Part shown: positions 22,951-35,601 of the stretch, one piece after another
How the letters are laid out: each line of letters opens with the position of its first letter
How positions within the stretch are numbered: position 1 is the stretch's first letter
Program-made: the position numbers and the translations under genes
The notes under the pieces: model-generated
Seen by the model: the letters and a program-made list of their open reading frames with translations, nothing else
What the model was told of the DNA's origin: nothing
Databases searched by the model: none
Assembly (NCBI RefSeq): GCF_018977255.1
Contig: NW_024704759.1
Coordinates: 11,470,001-11,534,000, forward strand
Reading direction: 5' to 3'
DNA from: Callorhinchus milii
Lineage: Eukaryota
DNA: 64,000 nucleotides

Positions 22951-23469
22951 TGACGTTGATTGCTGAACTCAAAACCCACCTGTAAAACCTGCGGGTATAT
23001 TATTCTCAGCTGAATCTTGTTTTGGAGGTGAAGAACTGTAATACCACATCAGTCACAAGACAATTTTTCCAGTACTTCCAAAAAACATGAGACTTAAAGA
23101 TATTTATAAATATGAATGCTGTGCGCATTGGCTGCTCAGTCTCGTCCACACAATGTAGTCAATTCACTTTACAGTATGTTCTGTGAAGCGCTTTGAGACG
23201 TCTCAAAGACGTGATAAGGCGCTACATCAATTGCAAAGACTTTATATATTGTAAAAACTATATTTTGGGGCGAAACACGGAAGCCAATGCACAGAGCAGT
23301 GTCCCACTTTATATACATCTTTATGTCTCATGTTTTTAAGAAGTACTGGAAAAATTGCCCTGTGACTGATGTGGGATTACAGTGCCTTACCTCCGAAGCA
23401 AGATGCAGCTGAGAAGAAAATGCACCCACAGGTTTCACAGGTGGGTTTTGAGTTACTGTAATCAACGTA
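22951..23469. repeat. Long imperfect inverted repeat
   Basis: 22951-23110 is the diverged reverse complement of 23308-23469. Inverted SINE cores extend the arms inward. Confidence 0.85.
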
Positions 23470-23622
23470 AAAATTTCGAAGAGCAGCTAGAGACGAGGTA
23501 ATCCGAAGGCCCTTTGTGTTATTTTAAGAGATTTTTGTTTGTGCAATAAAAAAAGTATTGTTAAGTTATTAAAGACAAGTAACTCATGCCGTGAAATAAA
23601 CCACATGTATTTCAATTTAAGG

Positions 23623-23945
23623 TAATAATAATAATAATAATAATCCTTGCATTTGATATAGCGTTTTTCACGTCGGGAGGACGTCCCAAAGCGCTTCACA
23701 GAACACACTGTAAAGTGAATTGACTGTATATTTGTGGGCGAACGCGGCAGCCAATTGCGCACAGCAATGTCCCACAAACAGTCGTAGATTGAAAATGACC
23801 AATTTATTATTGTTTTTGGTTTTGGAGGGATTATTATTAGGCTCTGTGTGGAGTAAGGAAACTTGCCCAAGGTTTCGCCCTCTGCCTGGAATTGAACTCA
23901 GGTCTCTCACTTGCAAAGCGAGTGCTCTAACCACTGAGCTACAGG
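23623..23945 (-). mobile_element. Full-length tRNA-derived SINE (young family)
   Basis: Near-identical to 48988-49315. Confidence 0.9.
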
Positions 23946-26659
23946 TACTGTATTTCACATTCAAAAAGTTAGTAAGTATCACAGGATCACACTCTTACAC
24001 AATGTTCACAACACAAAACAGGAATCTAATTATAGTCTGGCAAATCCCTCCTCCACTTACTGGGGTCATGAATTTATCATCTGCTATTGGGAGGCAGTCT
24101 CCGCATGACTGCTTTTTTCAATGGCTTAATTTAATTTACGTGATTTTTGTGCCTATGGAAATTTCATTTCGATCTGATCTTGAATGAAACTTAACTATAT
24201 CAAAACATGCCTATTCACACCAATTCGATCATACACAAAATCAAGGAGCTTGTCGTTTCCTATTCAACATTTATCTTCACCGAATTGAAAAGATCATTTC
24301 ATGCAGGGAAAACCAAAACAAAGTGAAAATATCACGAGATGGAAATATAATGTTCAGAAATTTCATCTTGAGAAAACTGCTGACTCCAGATGACTAGATA
24401 ACATAAGATCAGGGTTTGATTTCAAAAATGTCAAGTTACCCTACCGATTCTCATTCTGATTGCAAAACAAGATAAAAGCACACTTATTCGTGTTCGTTTT
24501 TAAGAATGCTGGAACTGAGTCAAATGAAACACAAAGTTCAACTTGTACCAAAAGGTTTGATGTACGCCTCTGAACATTTTCCAGTGCCTTATTACTACAA
24601 TTGATAATGCTTACGGCTTAGTTTCACCCCAGCTAATGAACATAATAATTTCATTTGATATCACAACGTATCATGCTGAAACATCTCAAGAGTAGAGTTT
24701 CTCTGTAAAGTGTAGTGACTTGCCTATGTCAGCCAGCATAGCAGTCAAATTGTACAGATACGGTGTCACAAATAGTTTTGAAATTGAAGATTTTTATGTG
24801 GATGGGGGAAATTGGGTCAATATTGTGGCAATCTGGTTCCGTTAGTCGTGCTCTTACTTCTGAGCCAGAAGGTTGTGACTTCAAGCCCAACATCTTCCCG
24901 ACATGTGTTACCAAATGCACGTAAAATTATTATTATTGTCTCAAGGACACCGGGAGAAATTGCCTTCTCTTTTCAAACAGTGCCACAACATCTTTACTGT
25001 CCACCTAAATCGACAGTTGGGACCTCGATTCAAAGTCTCATCACTTATGACAATGCTTCCTCAGCATTGCTTTGGAGTGTCAGCCTTATCTGTGAGCTCC
25101 CAACGTGGGGCTTGAACCAACAACCTTCTGACGCAGAAGCAAGACTGCTACCAACAGAGCCAGATTGACGCAACTTGCCAAGTAAGCCGTAAGCAAAGTT
25201 AATCGTAAGGAACATTAACACAGAGCTTGTGATGTCCCTTATTCGTTTTGGTGTGTCACTGGTTTATGTCTTAACCTAGCTCAATTGGTTAGCACTCTTA
25301 CCTTTGAGTCCCATGTGAGTCTAGGATGAGGTAAGCAACTCTATTTCAGTGCCATTGTAGGGATCTGTAATGAGCAAATTTACTCGACAATATCTTGTAA
25401 AGAATTTGATTGTCAACAACAGTCTCAAATCCAAATAGGTTTCCTTTCTTACACAAGTTCTCAAGTCAATGGTTATACACATACTACACAGTCTCTGAAT
25501 TTCTAGATAGTTGCGACTAACACAGGAGAAGCAGTAGTGATCAGTTACCCTTTCCCATGGGAGAGCTCAGGTAGTGTCTTGCTCCTCAATTTCTTTCGTC
25601 TGGACTCACTCTCTCTCTCTCTCTCTCGTGTTTGCAGTCCATATGTACGTAGTCAGCCTGTTTCTCCCCAAATGTGACAACTCCCAGAATGTTCCCTGGG
25701 TTCAGCCCACATTCCTTAACGCCATCTATGCCTCAATATTGTGCATCTCATTTATAGGCGCAAGGTGCACCAAGGAAACAGTCCTAGTGAGATACATCAG
25801 AGCTTTTTAAGGTTTGGGAAGTGAACAAAGGGAAATCGTCTCTGTGAGATAAACTAACTCATTTCCTGAAAGTCGGTTTTCTCACACCAACAAGCAGACT
25901 TGTGGCAACTAGCTATTTCTCGTGTCTTTTCAGTTAGGATTTTGTATTACCTCTTTCCTTACGCCATAGGAATTGTCCTTTGAATTAAACTTTACATCAT
26001 TTGCCCTGCTCGAGTAGATGTTAAAGATCCAATGGCACTATTTGAAAAGAGAAGGGAGTTTCTCCTGGTGTCCTGGTCAAATAAAATCATCCATTCACTT
26101 CATGGCTGTTTTGTGGGACTTATTAAGATGTATTGAATTACACTGCTATTCATTCATTTACTTTTAAGTTTCAATGAATTGTGAGCCTTTAAATGCATTA
26201 CTGAATTTAAACTAGGATTTTAAATAGCATTCCCAGGCTCTGAGGAGTAAACCCTCAGTAGACACTGAAGTCCTCGAGTAAATCTGTTGGCACTGAAGGC
26301 ACAGGATGTGTTATGTTATTGTAATTTCCCAAATAGTTTTCCCAAAAACATCACAGTGTTTATTTTGAGGCGGAGTGAATGACTGCATTTGTATGCAAAG
26401 AAATAAACCACCGGAGGGTACAACGAATCAGGAAATAGTAAAGGGGAATGACACTTACAGCATTTATGATTCAGGATTATATTCAATAGTTTGTTATTTC
26501 CATGTGTTACAACTAGCATTACTTAGTTTGACATTTCGATAGAAGTTCATATTACCTAGAGGGTTTTTCCCAGCCTATCCTTTAGCCTACTAAATATTAA
26601 TTACAGTCACACAGTTAATTTTTTGCTGACTGATTCATTCTAAGAGGAACATAATTAAA

Positions 26660-27190
26660 ACATTATATAAGATTGCACTTGACCTTTTGAAATTTCTGAA
26701 AGCATTGCAAAAAGGGGAGCCGCTCACGAGTGATGACATGAGTATCATAAAGTTCAAAATGGTTTTAGAAAAGGAGAAAGACAAGACAAGGACCTTTATT
26801 GTAAAATAGTTAACTATAATGGTAGGAAGAATGAACTCAATGAGGTAGACTGGAAGGAAAAAATTGCAAAAACAAAAACATTGAGCAACAATGGAAGATT
26901 CTTTAAGAAGGTAGAAAACATGAGGGGGGAACATATTCAATTAAGAAATAATGGAAACTTAAGTAATAAAGGGATGACGTAGATGAATAAGGAAACTAAG
27001 ACAAAACTATAGCCAAGGAAAAAAGCATTTGAAATTTCCAGAATAGATAACAGAGAAGAAAACGGGTGAGTACAGCAAACTTAGGAAAAAGGTTAAAAAG
27101 ACGATTAGGAAGGCAAAGAGTTACTGCTATCAGGAGAGACTGGATAGGATAGGCTTTTTTTTCCCCTAGAGAAGAGACTTTTAAGGAGGG
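26660..27190 (+). mobile_element. CR1-like LINE remnant
   Basis: Purine-rich decayed ORF2-like sequence (SIIKFKM.., KKVKKTIRKAK) ending in a TTTTCCCTAGAGAAGAGA segment typical of CR1 3' regions. Confidence 0.5.
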
Positions 27191-27669
27191 ATGTCAAGTC
27201 AGTGGAGTTGGGCAAGGATGGGAGTGATAGTATAGATCATTCAACAGGAAGCTTGATGTTCACATGAGGGAGGGGAATTCAAGCGTACGAGAGGGAATAA
27301 GGAGTGGGTGTGAGTATAAATACCGGCCCAGACTGGTTGGCCTGAGTGACTTGTTTCTATGCCGTCCATTCTTTTTAATCCTTTAATATCAAATGTGGAA
27401 ACTTGATAACGTTGAGTCAAAATAAATGTGTACTTTGACAATTTAGAAGATTGAAATACAATCTTTTCGGAAACGTTGCGCATGTTATAAAACAAATGTG
27501 CTTGGTTTAAAGCCACACCTTTCACTGAGCTCACAAGGAAGCAAGATTTGAACTCATGATTATGCTAAGAATAGTTTTGTCCTTTTTTCAGAATTATCCT
27601 ATTCAAATAAACAATGCCCTTTTCTTCTGTCTTTAAGTTGTGCCTTAAAATCTACCTAAGTCCGCTGCC

Positions 27670-27845
27670 CACATAATCACCCACTCCGTACTCCAATCAC
27701 ACCAGCTCTAACCAGGCTTCATTAGCACCTAATCACTGAACGGATCAACTTCAAGATCTTCTCATGCGTCTTCAAATGCCTTTATGCTCCGGCAACTGCC
27801 TACGTTGAGAAGACATGAAAAGCGCAATATCAAATGCAAGGATTA

Positions 27846-27870
<25 letters not shown>
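27670..27870 (+). mobile_element. L2 ORF2 C-terminal fragment plus retroposon tail and (TTA)n
   Basis: Encodes TPITPALTRLH*..ERINFKI-like sequence, followed by AAAGCGCAATATCAAATGCAAGGATT and ATT repeats. Confidence 0.6.
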
Positions 27871-27877
<7 letters not shown>

Positions 27878-28497
27878 CACTACCTCCGCTTGACTGGTTC
27901 CGGCCTTGATCACTGATAGGAAGTTCACTTCTGTGTATAATAAATGTTAAATGACTACATGATAAAAGCTTGTGTGATTGCTAGAAATTAATTTGGAGGG
28001 GATCAGTGCTTTAGGGATTTTTTTTAAAAAAAACTTTATTTTGTCTTCCACAAAATGCATTACAACCGAGATCATCACAACTTTGTTCAATCTAAAAGAC
28101 AAAAGTTATTAACAGAACTTCTGTGCAAAACAAGGAGACAGTGAGTTTCAAATCCCATATTTTTAGACAACTATTTCTGAAATAAAGGAATATTAGTACA
28201 CAAAAAATCTCTGCATTTAAAAAAAGGCTAACAAGAACGTATTATTGTTGCTCAGATATTTAATATTAATGAATCTTTATCCAGTCAACCCACACTGCTA
28301 GTGTTGAAAAAGGTCCCTCTCATATTGACTGTCTTGAAACAGCACTTACTTACATAGTCATAGATGTAACATCTTCAACTTTTATCAGCAATAGTCAGCA
28401 AAGGTAAGAAAGCTCCACATAAGAGTGTAAGCTTCAATACGGATTGCTTCCAGCTAGTGGAACTACTGTGCAGCAACTCTGACAAAACAGGTGACTT

Positions 28498-31400
28498 CTA
28501 TGTGATATCCTTCTGTCTTGGTGGCCTGTGAATGTTTCTGATTACACACTTGACCATCCATTCGATCCCATCATTTACACCTTCCCTACAATAAAAGAAA
28601 GAAATATTTTTGTCCCTAAACAATCCGGGATAATTTTAAAAAGGAAATGTAGAATAGTTAGCAATAGCTTACTGGAATTCAAGTTTGAAGAATATCCGCA
28701 GGCCATTCAGGCAATATTTTTGGCTTTCCCTTCCAGAAACATAACAACATTTACACAGCAACTTTTTCACGTCGGAAGGATGTCTCAAATCCCTCGTCAC
28801 CGATCGCTGCGCGCATCCAAGCTAGGGGTGAGAAGGGAGAGAGATTGGGGAAAAGATGACCGAAAGCACAGTCAAAGATTTGGGTCTTGACGTGCCTTGA
28901 AGGAGGGGAGGAAGGGAGAAAGGTAGTCGAAGGGGACTCTGGGAATAAAGTTCCAGAGAGTGGGGACAAAATGGTGATGAGGGACTTCCTGATACACTGC
29001 AGCAACTCCGCATGCATTGAGCTGCTGTAATGAGTGGATGGTTCGCCAGGGAGAGGAGAGTGCGCTCCGAAGTTGGAAATGGTTTGAGTCAGATGAAATA
29101 ATCCCCCGGGCCAGATGAGGCCCATGGGCCACCAGGTGGGCCACCCTACCCTAAACTATCAAGGAAAATGATGTGAATACATTAACAGAAATATTTAAGT
29201 AAATTTAGGTCAGGTTTGCATCACTGCAAACAATGTAGATGTAGGAAGCTGGTGTCAGTGCAATGGCAAGTTACATAAGTGACCTTCAGTACAATAGCAA
29301 GCAAGGAGGAGCACACATAGAGATAAGGTCATGATGAAAGACAAGTAATATCATTGGGCAACACTGCACGCAATGCTAACAATGCACCAAACATACTAGT
29401 CAAGTCCAAAGAGAAGGAATTATCCTTCAGTTCCTCCTTGCTAATGTTACCCAGTTAAACCTGTAATGTGCTTTTCTGTTTGGTTGCCTTGGTTGCCTTC
29501 GAATCTGTCTCGCACTCCTCTCATCACCACTACAACCGGCATGAAACCGACCACCTGCTCCCTCAACCCCATCCCCAACCCTCTCCTTACCTCCCAGTTC
29601 TACCTCTTTGCCCCTCTACTTACAGACATCATAAACCTCTCCTTGTTCACTGGTACCTTTCCCACCCCTGTAAAAATGGCTGTCATCACTCCTATCCTTA
29701 AAAAAACCCTCCCTGGACCCATTCCTGCTCTCAAACTACCACCCCATCTCTAACCTCCCTTTCCTCTCCAAGGTCCTGGAATGAGTTGTTGCTTCCCACC
29801 TTCACTCCTTCCTCTTCCGCCACTCCCTTCACGGACCCCTCCAATCGGGTTTCTGTGACGCCCACAGCACAGAAACAGCTATGGTCAAAGTGACAAATGA
29901 CATTCTGTCCATCTGTGACCAGAGCGCCCTCTGCTTTTTCGACCTGCTTGACCTCTTTGCTGCCTTTGACACCATTGATCATTCTATCCTCATCCACCGC
30001 CTCTCTTCTCACTCAAACTTCACAGTCTTGTCCTTGAATGGATCATACCTCTCACACCGCCTTCACTTCATCTCCACAAATGGTTTCTCCTCTAGCCCCC
30101 GCACCGTCTCGTGCAGTGTCCCCTAGGGCTCTGTCCTTGGTCCCCTCCTCTTCAACATCTATATGCTCCCTTTTGGTGACATCATCCGCAGACATGGGGT
30201 CAACTTCCACATGTATGCGGATGACACCCGACTCTACCTCTCTGCCTCCAACCTTAACTCCAGGGCCACTGCTGTCCCGAGAGACTGTCTGTCAGACATC
30301 AAGTCCTGGATGAGAGCTAACTTTCTTCAGTTGAATGTCAACAAGACCGAGACTTTCCTGATTGGCTCCTGTCAGAGCCTTCACACCACAGGCGCTGACA
30401 GAATCACCATCCATGGTGGCACACTCCACCATACTAAGCCAGTCCAGAACCTTGGGGTTGTGTTTAACCCTCAATTGTCCTCTCTACCCCACATCCGTGC
30501 CATGATCCGCTCTGCCTTCCCCCACCTCCGCAACATTGCCAGCTCCACCAGTCTCACACCACAGGCCACCGAAACCCTCATACACGCATTCATAACATTG
30601 AGGCTGGACAATGCAAACTCCTTTCTTGTCGGCCTCCCCAACTCCTCCCTCTATAGGCTGCAGATCATCCAGAATTCTGCAACCATGTCCTCTCCTGCAC
30701 CAGGCTCTGTGTCCCTATCACCCCATCCTCGCCAGACTCCATGTCAATTCACTTTACAGTATATTCTGTGAAGCTCTTTGAGATGTCTCGAAGACGTAAT
30801 AAGGCGCTATATCAAATGCAAGGATTATTATTATAATTATATGCTCCCTCTCTTCCTCTTGCCCAATTCTGGCAGTAATATAGTATAAGTGGACAACGTA
30901 ACCAATACTTACCCAGTAAGTGCTGAGCATGGTTGTACTAAACAATCTCTCTTCCCAATTTTTGGGGCACAATCACTAAAAGCAGTTTTAATGTCTCCAA
31001 CAGAAAGGCAGCTCTATCATAGAGAAAAACATGAAAGGGGAGCAACAAAAGAGCAAATTAAATCTTCAGAAATAGTTTCCATCATTCATCATCCGGATGC
31101 TTGAAAAAAAAGGAATAGAATGACTAAAATATCTGTTGTCTTAATGGAAATACTGAACCAATTTTAATCTGAAATGCAGACAGCAATATTACTATAAGTT
31201 AACCTTGGTGTGCAGTCAGAAACAGATCTCTCTGCATTACTGCACTGGATAAAAGGCTGACAGAGTCGGCAGGCAGGACTGAATAGATCAACTGTGCGCA
31301 TACACAGTGAAACCAGCTGCAGTGATGGTTGGGATTTTATGATCCCAAATACAATGTTATAATGAGGCTCTGCTGTATACATGCAGAAACAGCAACAACT

Positions 31401-33057
31401 TGCATTTAATATAGTGCCCTTCACACCGGACAGCATCTTGGAGCACTTTAATAATAATTAAAAAAGGAGTTATTTGAACATACAGTTGGCTAGACAGAAC
31501 AAATGTAACTGCTAAATTATATTACCGAAGAGGACTTACCTCAACATCCTGTTTGTTAGCCAATACTAACAATGGAACCCCATCAAGCACTTCGCTGGTG
31601 ATCATTTTTTCTGAAAGGGGGGGGGAAATTATTCAAACGATTAGTTAAGTTATTCCTGGAGCCATTAGAAAACAACGATAGATAGATTTTGTGAAGTAAC
31701 ACAAACCTGCAGCAGAATTCAGCAATTCATGACAACCGCATACTGTCTTCAGGCATTATAACGCAATTATTAAACAGATTTTACTCTCCACCATTGCTTG
31801 TGAAAAAACATTAATCAACATAGCATAAAACATTTAGATCGTATTTTAATATCAGTATTTCACATACCAAAGGCTATTTTTGATTCTGACAATCTCTCTT
31901 CATCGGTTGAGTCAATGACATATATTACACCATGTGATTCTGCATAATACTGAAACAAAGAAATTCAGAATTTGTAGATATTTAAAAGATGATTATAGCA
32001 CATAATCTTTAGAAACTACTGCAGTTAAATATTATATAGATCTGCGCACATTTTAAAATAATCGAGAATCATTACAATATGAATCAGTCTAAAATTGTTC
32101 TGTTGTTTATAGAAAACTGGGAAACATTTAAATGTTCTTAGCTGTGTTAAGGATGAAGATTTGTTATCCCTGTAAGCCACACTGCCATCATGTGGTGAGA
32201 AATGTATTGTAAAAAGGCGACATAAAAAAATCCAAAAGCTGAAGGACATTAGCAGAAATAACGCCTAATATGAGTGTGCGGCCACACTTTTATGCATTTA
32301 TTTAAGAAAATGCTTATACTTTCATCATTCCAGGCTGTATTCAAACCCAAATCATAGATTTGCCTGAATCCAATGTGATAGCCCAATGTTCCACCAATAT
32401 GCGCAGTTGTCATTCTTAATACAAGCAGAATATCTTTTTGGCAAATCAAGTTTACATTAAAAGCAGAAATGAACTGGAATGGTACCTTGTCCCACAGAGA
32501 CTGGAGTTCCTCCTGGCCACCGAGATCCCAGAACATAAGTCGTGCTGAAGCAACATCAATAGTTCCAACTAGAAAAAGGAACAAAACATGCTCTAAAAGT
32601 GTACAGACAACAAACAAATGTAAAAGAATAGATACACAAATGTAGTTGACTACTTTCCTCAATCAAAAGAGGTTTGCAAATTGAAACAACTATGACTCTA
32701 GGACATCAGAACATTACATGTAAAATATGAAATATACATATATTGCCCAACAAACTTACTGTTTAAACCAACTGTAGTGGTTATCTTTGATAAACTCATT
32801 CCTTTGTAGTTTCTGTTAAACCTTGTTTTTGTCTGCTCCAGAAAGGTCTAAAGTAACACGAAAAAAAAATCACAATGAAACATACAAATATTCATTTCCT
32901 GTATTATGGCTTCAATTTCCTCATTAACAAATAATTACAGCAAATAGCCTAAATATCAGCTTACAGTTTTGCCTGCATTGTCCAACCCCAAGATCAGAAT
33001 GCAGTATTCATCCTTTTGGAACATGTACTTCCACAGACCTGAGAGTAATGTATACAT
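28498..33057 (-). CDS. ARFRP1: ADP-ribosylation factor-related protein 1, 201 aa
   Basis: Minus-strand exons 33057-32965 ([31 protein letters not shown]), 32847-32760, 32568-32486 ([15 protein letters not shown]), 31949-31868, 31610-31540 (LANKQD), 31013-30913 (CSALTG), 28585-28498 (..[11 protein letters not shown]). They sum to 606 nt. All GTPase G-boxes are intact. Minus-strand AATAAA at 28035-28040. Confidence 0.97.
28760..29125 (-). mobile_element. L2 LINE 3'-end fragment
   Basis: Minus-strand PTLWNFIP-type terminal peptide, then a pyrimidine-rich UTR and a CCGACGTGAAA tail shared with the SINEs. Confidence 0.65.
29490..30740 (+). mobile_element. L2-clade LINE ORF2 (reverse transcriptase) fragment, degenerate, in an ARFRP1 intron
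   Basis: Motifs [66 protein letters not shown], with stops and frameshifts. Confidence 0.92.
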
Positions 33058-33109
33058 CCTACAAAAGAAAGGAATCTGCTGTTAAAAAAGCAAGCCAACA
33101 ACAAAATTA

Positions 33110-33385
33110 ATGAAGGTGGCAAGGGAGGGGGCAAGGTGGAGTGACTGTGGGATGGAGTTCCAGAGCGTGGGGACAGAACGGCTGAAGGCCCCCCCATCAT
33201 CCATGGATGGTGATGCTGTCAGTGCCTGAAGTGTGGAGGCGCTGACAGGAACCAATCAGGAAGACCTCGGACTTGTTGACATTCAACTGAAGAAAGTTGG
33301 CTCTCACCCAGGACTTGATGTCTCACAGACATTCTGTCAGGACAGCAGTGGCCCTGGAGTTGATGGCGGAGAGGTAGAGTTGGCT
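33110..33385 (-). mobile_element. L2 LINE fragments
   Basis: Reverse complement of 33240-33385 matches 30230-30390 (CTCTACCTC..GACATCAAGTCCTGG..CTTCAGTTGAATGTCAACAAG). Confidence 0.8.
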
Positions 33386-34291
33386 AAGCTTTTTGATTGG
33401 CAAACCAAATAAATTGATTGAAAGTAGCCGCCGGCCAATCCCGCGTTTCCAGACCCTACGAAGCCGCAATATCTGTGGTACTGCCACATATGTGAAGAAA
33501 AATTCAATAAAGAAGCATTTATTTGGTTGGCCAGTCTAAAAGATTGTCACCATTGGGTTAGAGCAAGACAGGGATGAGCACCGAACTGAAGCAGAGCAAG
33601 TGTTGAAGTGGCCTGGAAACTCCTCAGCCCTCTTCATCCTGTGACTGTAATAAAGACCCCCCCCTCCCCCCCACCAGCACTAAGCAAAACATTTTTCTCA
33701 TTCTGCAGGACCATTGAGAAATTATACAAGTATGCAAAGTCACTCGTGTTTCTAAAAGTACACAACTAAAATTTAAAGATTTTATAGTGGTTCTCCTCTT
33801 CTTTTACACCCACTTCACAAAGGGCACTTTTGGAAATGCAAGTTGTTGTTGTTTGCAGGTTTGGCGGATTTAACCAAATCAGCGCATTAGGGGCAAGCGA
33901 TAGCCCACAGCTTGGATTGACGTTTGCGGACCAATACACGCTGTCACTCCGTTTGGCAGCAATCCCTGAGAAGCGCTTTGAGACGTCTTTCTGACGCGAC
34001 AGACAGTAAAACCGAACGACAATCCTTGCATTTGAGATGGCGCCTTATCACGCCTTCGGGACATCTCAAAGCGCTTCGCAGGATATACCGAGAAGTGAAT
34101 CGGGAGTGCGTTTCTTTTTGGGAGGCGGGGGGGGTGGGGTGGGGGCGGGGGGGAAGCGAAACGCAAGGATTATCGTTGTAATTATTATCAGGATGACGGT
34201 TACGACGATGACGAACCCGCGTCGAACCTGTGACGTGCGGCGGACGCGCCAGAACCCTGTGCGCGGGCGGGTGTTAACTCGAGGCGCAACC

Positions 34292-34595
34292 GTCCTGGAG
34301 CTCAGCGGCCGGAGCACTCGCTTTGCGAGCGAGAGACCTGGGGGGGGGGGGGGTGGGTGTGCGTGTGCACGTGCCATGCGTGCGGGGGGGGGGGGAGGGT
34401 GGTCTCCGCCGTGCGCCGTCGGGGCTGCCGCGCACCCCCCCACCCACCCACCCACGAAATGCGCAGTCGACGCGCTCGGCAGCGTATCCCGCGAAGCGCT
34501 TTGAGAGGGGTCTCGAAGACGCGATGAAGACGCCGCGTCAAACACCAGGAACATTATCATCATTATCGTTATTATTATTATTATTATTATTATTA
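34292..34595 (+). mobile_element. GC-shifted tRNA-derived SINE at the CpG-island edge
   Basis: GTCCTGGAGCTCAGCGGCCGGAGCACTCGCTTTGCGAGCGAGAGACC head, recognisable core and tail, (TTA)n end. Confidence 0.75.
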
Positions 34596-34894
34596 AGTCA
34601 GTGACGTGTCAGACCCCGAGTGTCGAGCAGCCAGGACCTGTTCGCGAGTCCTGTCACCAACTGCTCGGATGGGGGGTGTGTGTGGGAGGGGGAGAGCCTG
34701 TGAGGAGGCGGTTTGTCAGCCATCAAAAGCCAACAGGCCCCGAATTGTGCCATCGAGCCCTGCCCCCATTTTTGTTTTTTTTAAAAAAAACCCTCCCCTC
34801 TCCTTCTTCTCCCACCGGGACCGGGATGGTGGGGGGGGGGAAGGTTCGAGAAGCCCGTACACCAGCGGCCCACAGCCAGAGAACGAGCTCCTAC

Positions 34895-35005
34895 CTTTAC
34901 GCGCCCCCCTCCATTTAAAGCCGCCTCTAATACTCCCTCCTGTCGCCTCCACCCCCCTCCTCCTCCTCCTCCTCCGTCGTCGTCGTCGTCCTCGTCACCT
35001 CGCAT
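34895..35005 (-). other. Putative non-coding first exon of ARFRP1
   Basis: Strong minus-strand donor AAG|GTAGGA at 34895/34894 inside the CpG island. The first coding exon has an acceptor only 1 nt before its ATG, so an upstream UTR exon is required. The 5' boundary is approximate. Confidence 0.5.
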
Positions 35006-35601
35006 CAGCCCAGTGCGCATGTCTCACGGGACGCCTTCTGGGAGTTGTAGTTCAACTCCCCTCCCGCCCCGCCGCCGCCAACGCCAGGCAGCGGAGAGGA
35101 GGCGACTACAACTCCCAGGCCGCACCGCGCCGACATCCTCTCGCTCGCTCTCTCCCTGCACCGCCCCGTTCTGTTTTGAGACTCGCGACCGGTGCCCAGT
35201 GCGCAGGTCTAGCCAGACGTCTTCTGGGAGTTGTAGTTCCTATTTTCTGCCGCCGTCGAGGGCAGGCAGCGAGCGGGGTGAGAGGGGGCAACTACAACTC
35301 CCATGTTGCACCGCGCCGACGTTTCCTTTCCCGCCCTCCCCGCAGGTTCCTCGACGCTCGGCCCGGCGCCGCGAGGGTGACGCTTCCGGCGGTTTTTCCG
35401 CTTGATTTAAACCGAGCGAAGGTGGAAGTGGAGCCGAGAGGGAATCGCGCGCGGACCCGGGGCGAGGGGGGAAGGGAGCGATGAGGGTGTCCGTCTCCTC
35501 CTCCTCCGCCTGAGGCGGTTCGTTTACGGTCTGCGATGGCGGCGGGAGGCGGCCTCTGAGACGCCGGTAACGGTGACGACCCGAACCCTCGAGCCGAGGC
35601 C

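Noticed and set aside
23487-24187. Recurrent peptides [21 protein letters not shown] / CSSVVRALAL as a gene family
   Set aside because: These are translations of SINE copies.
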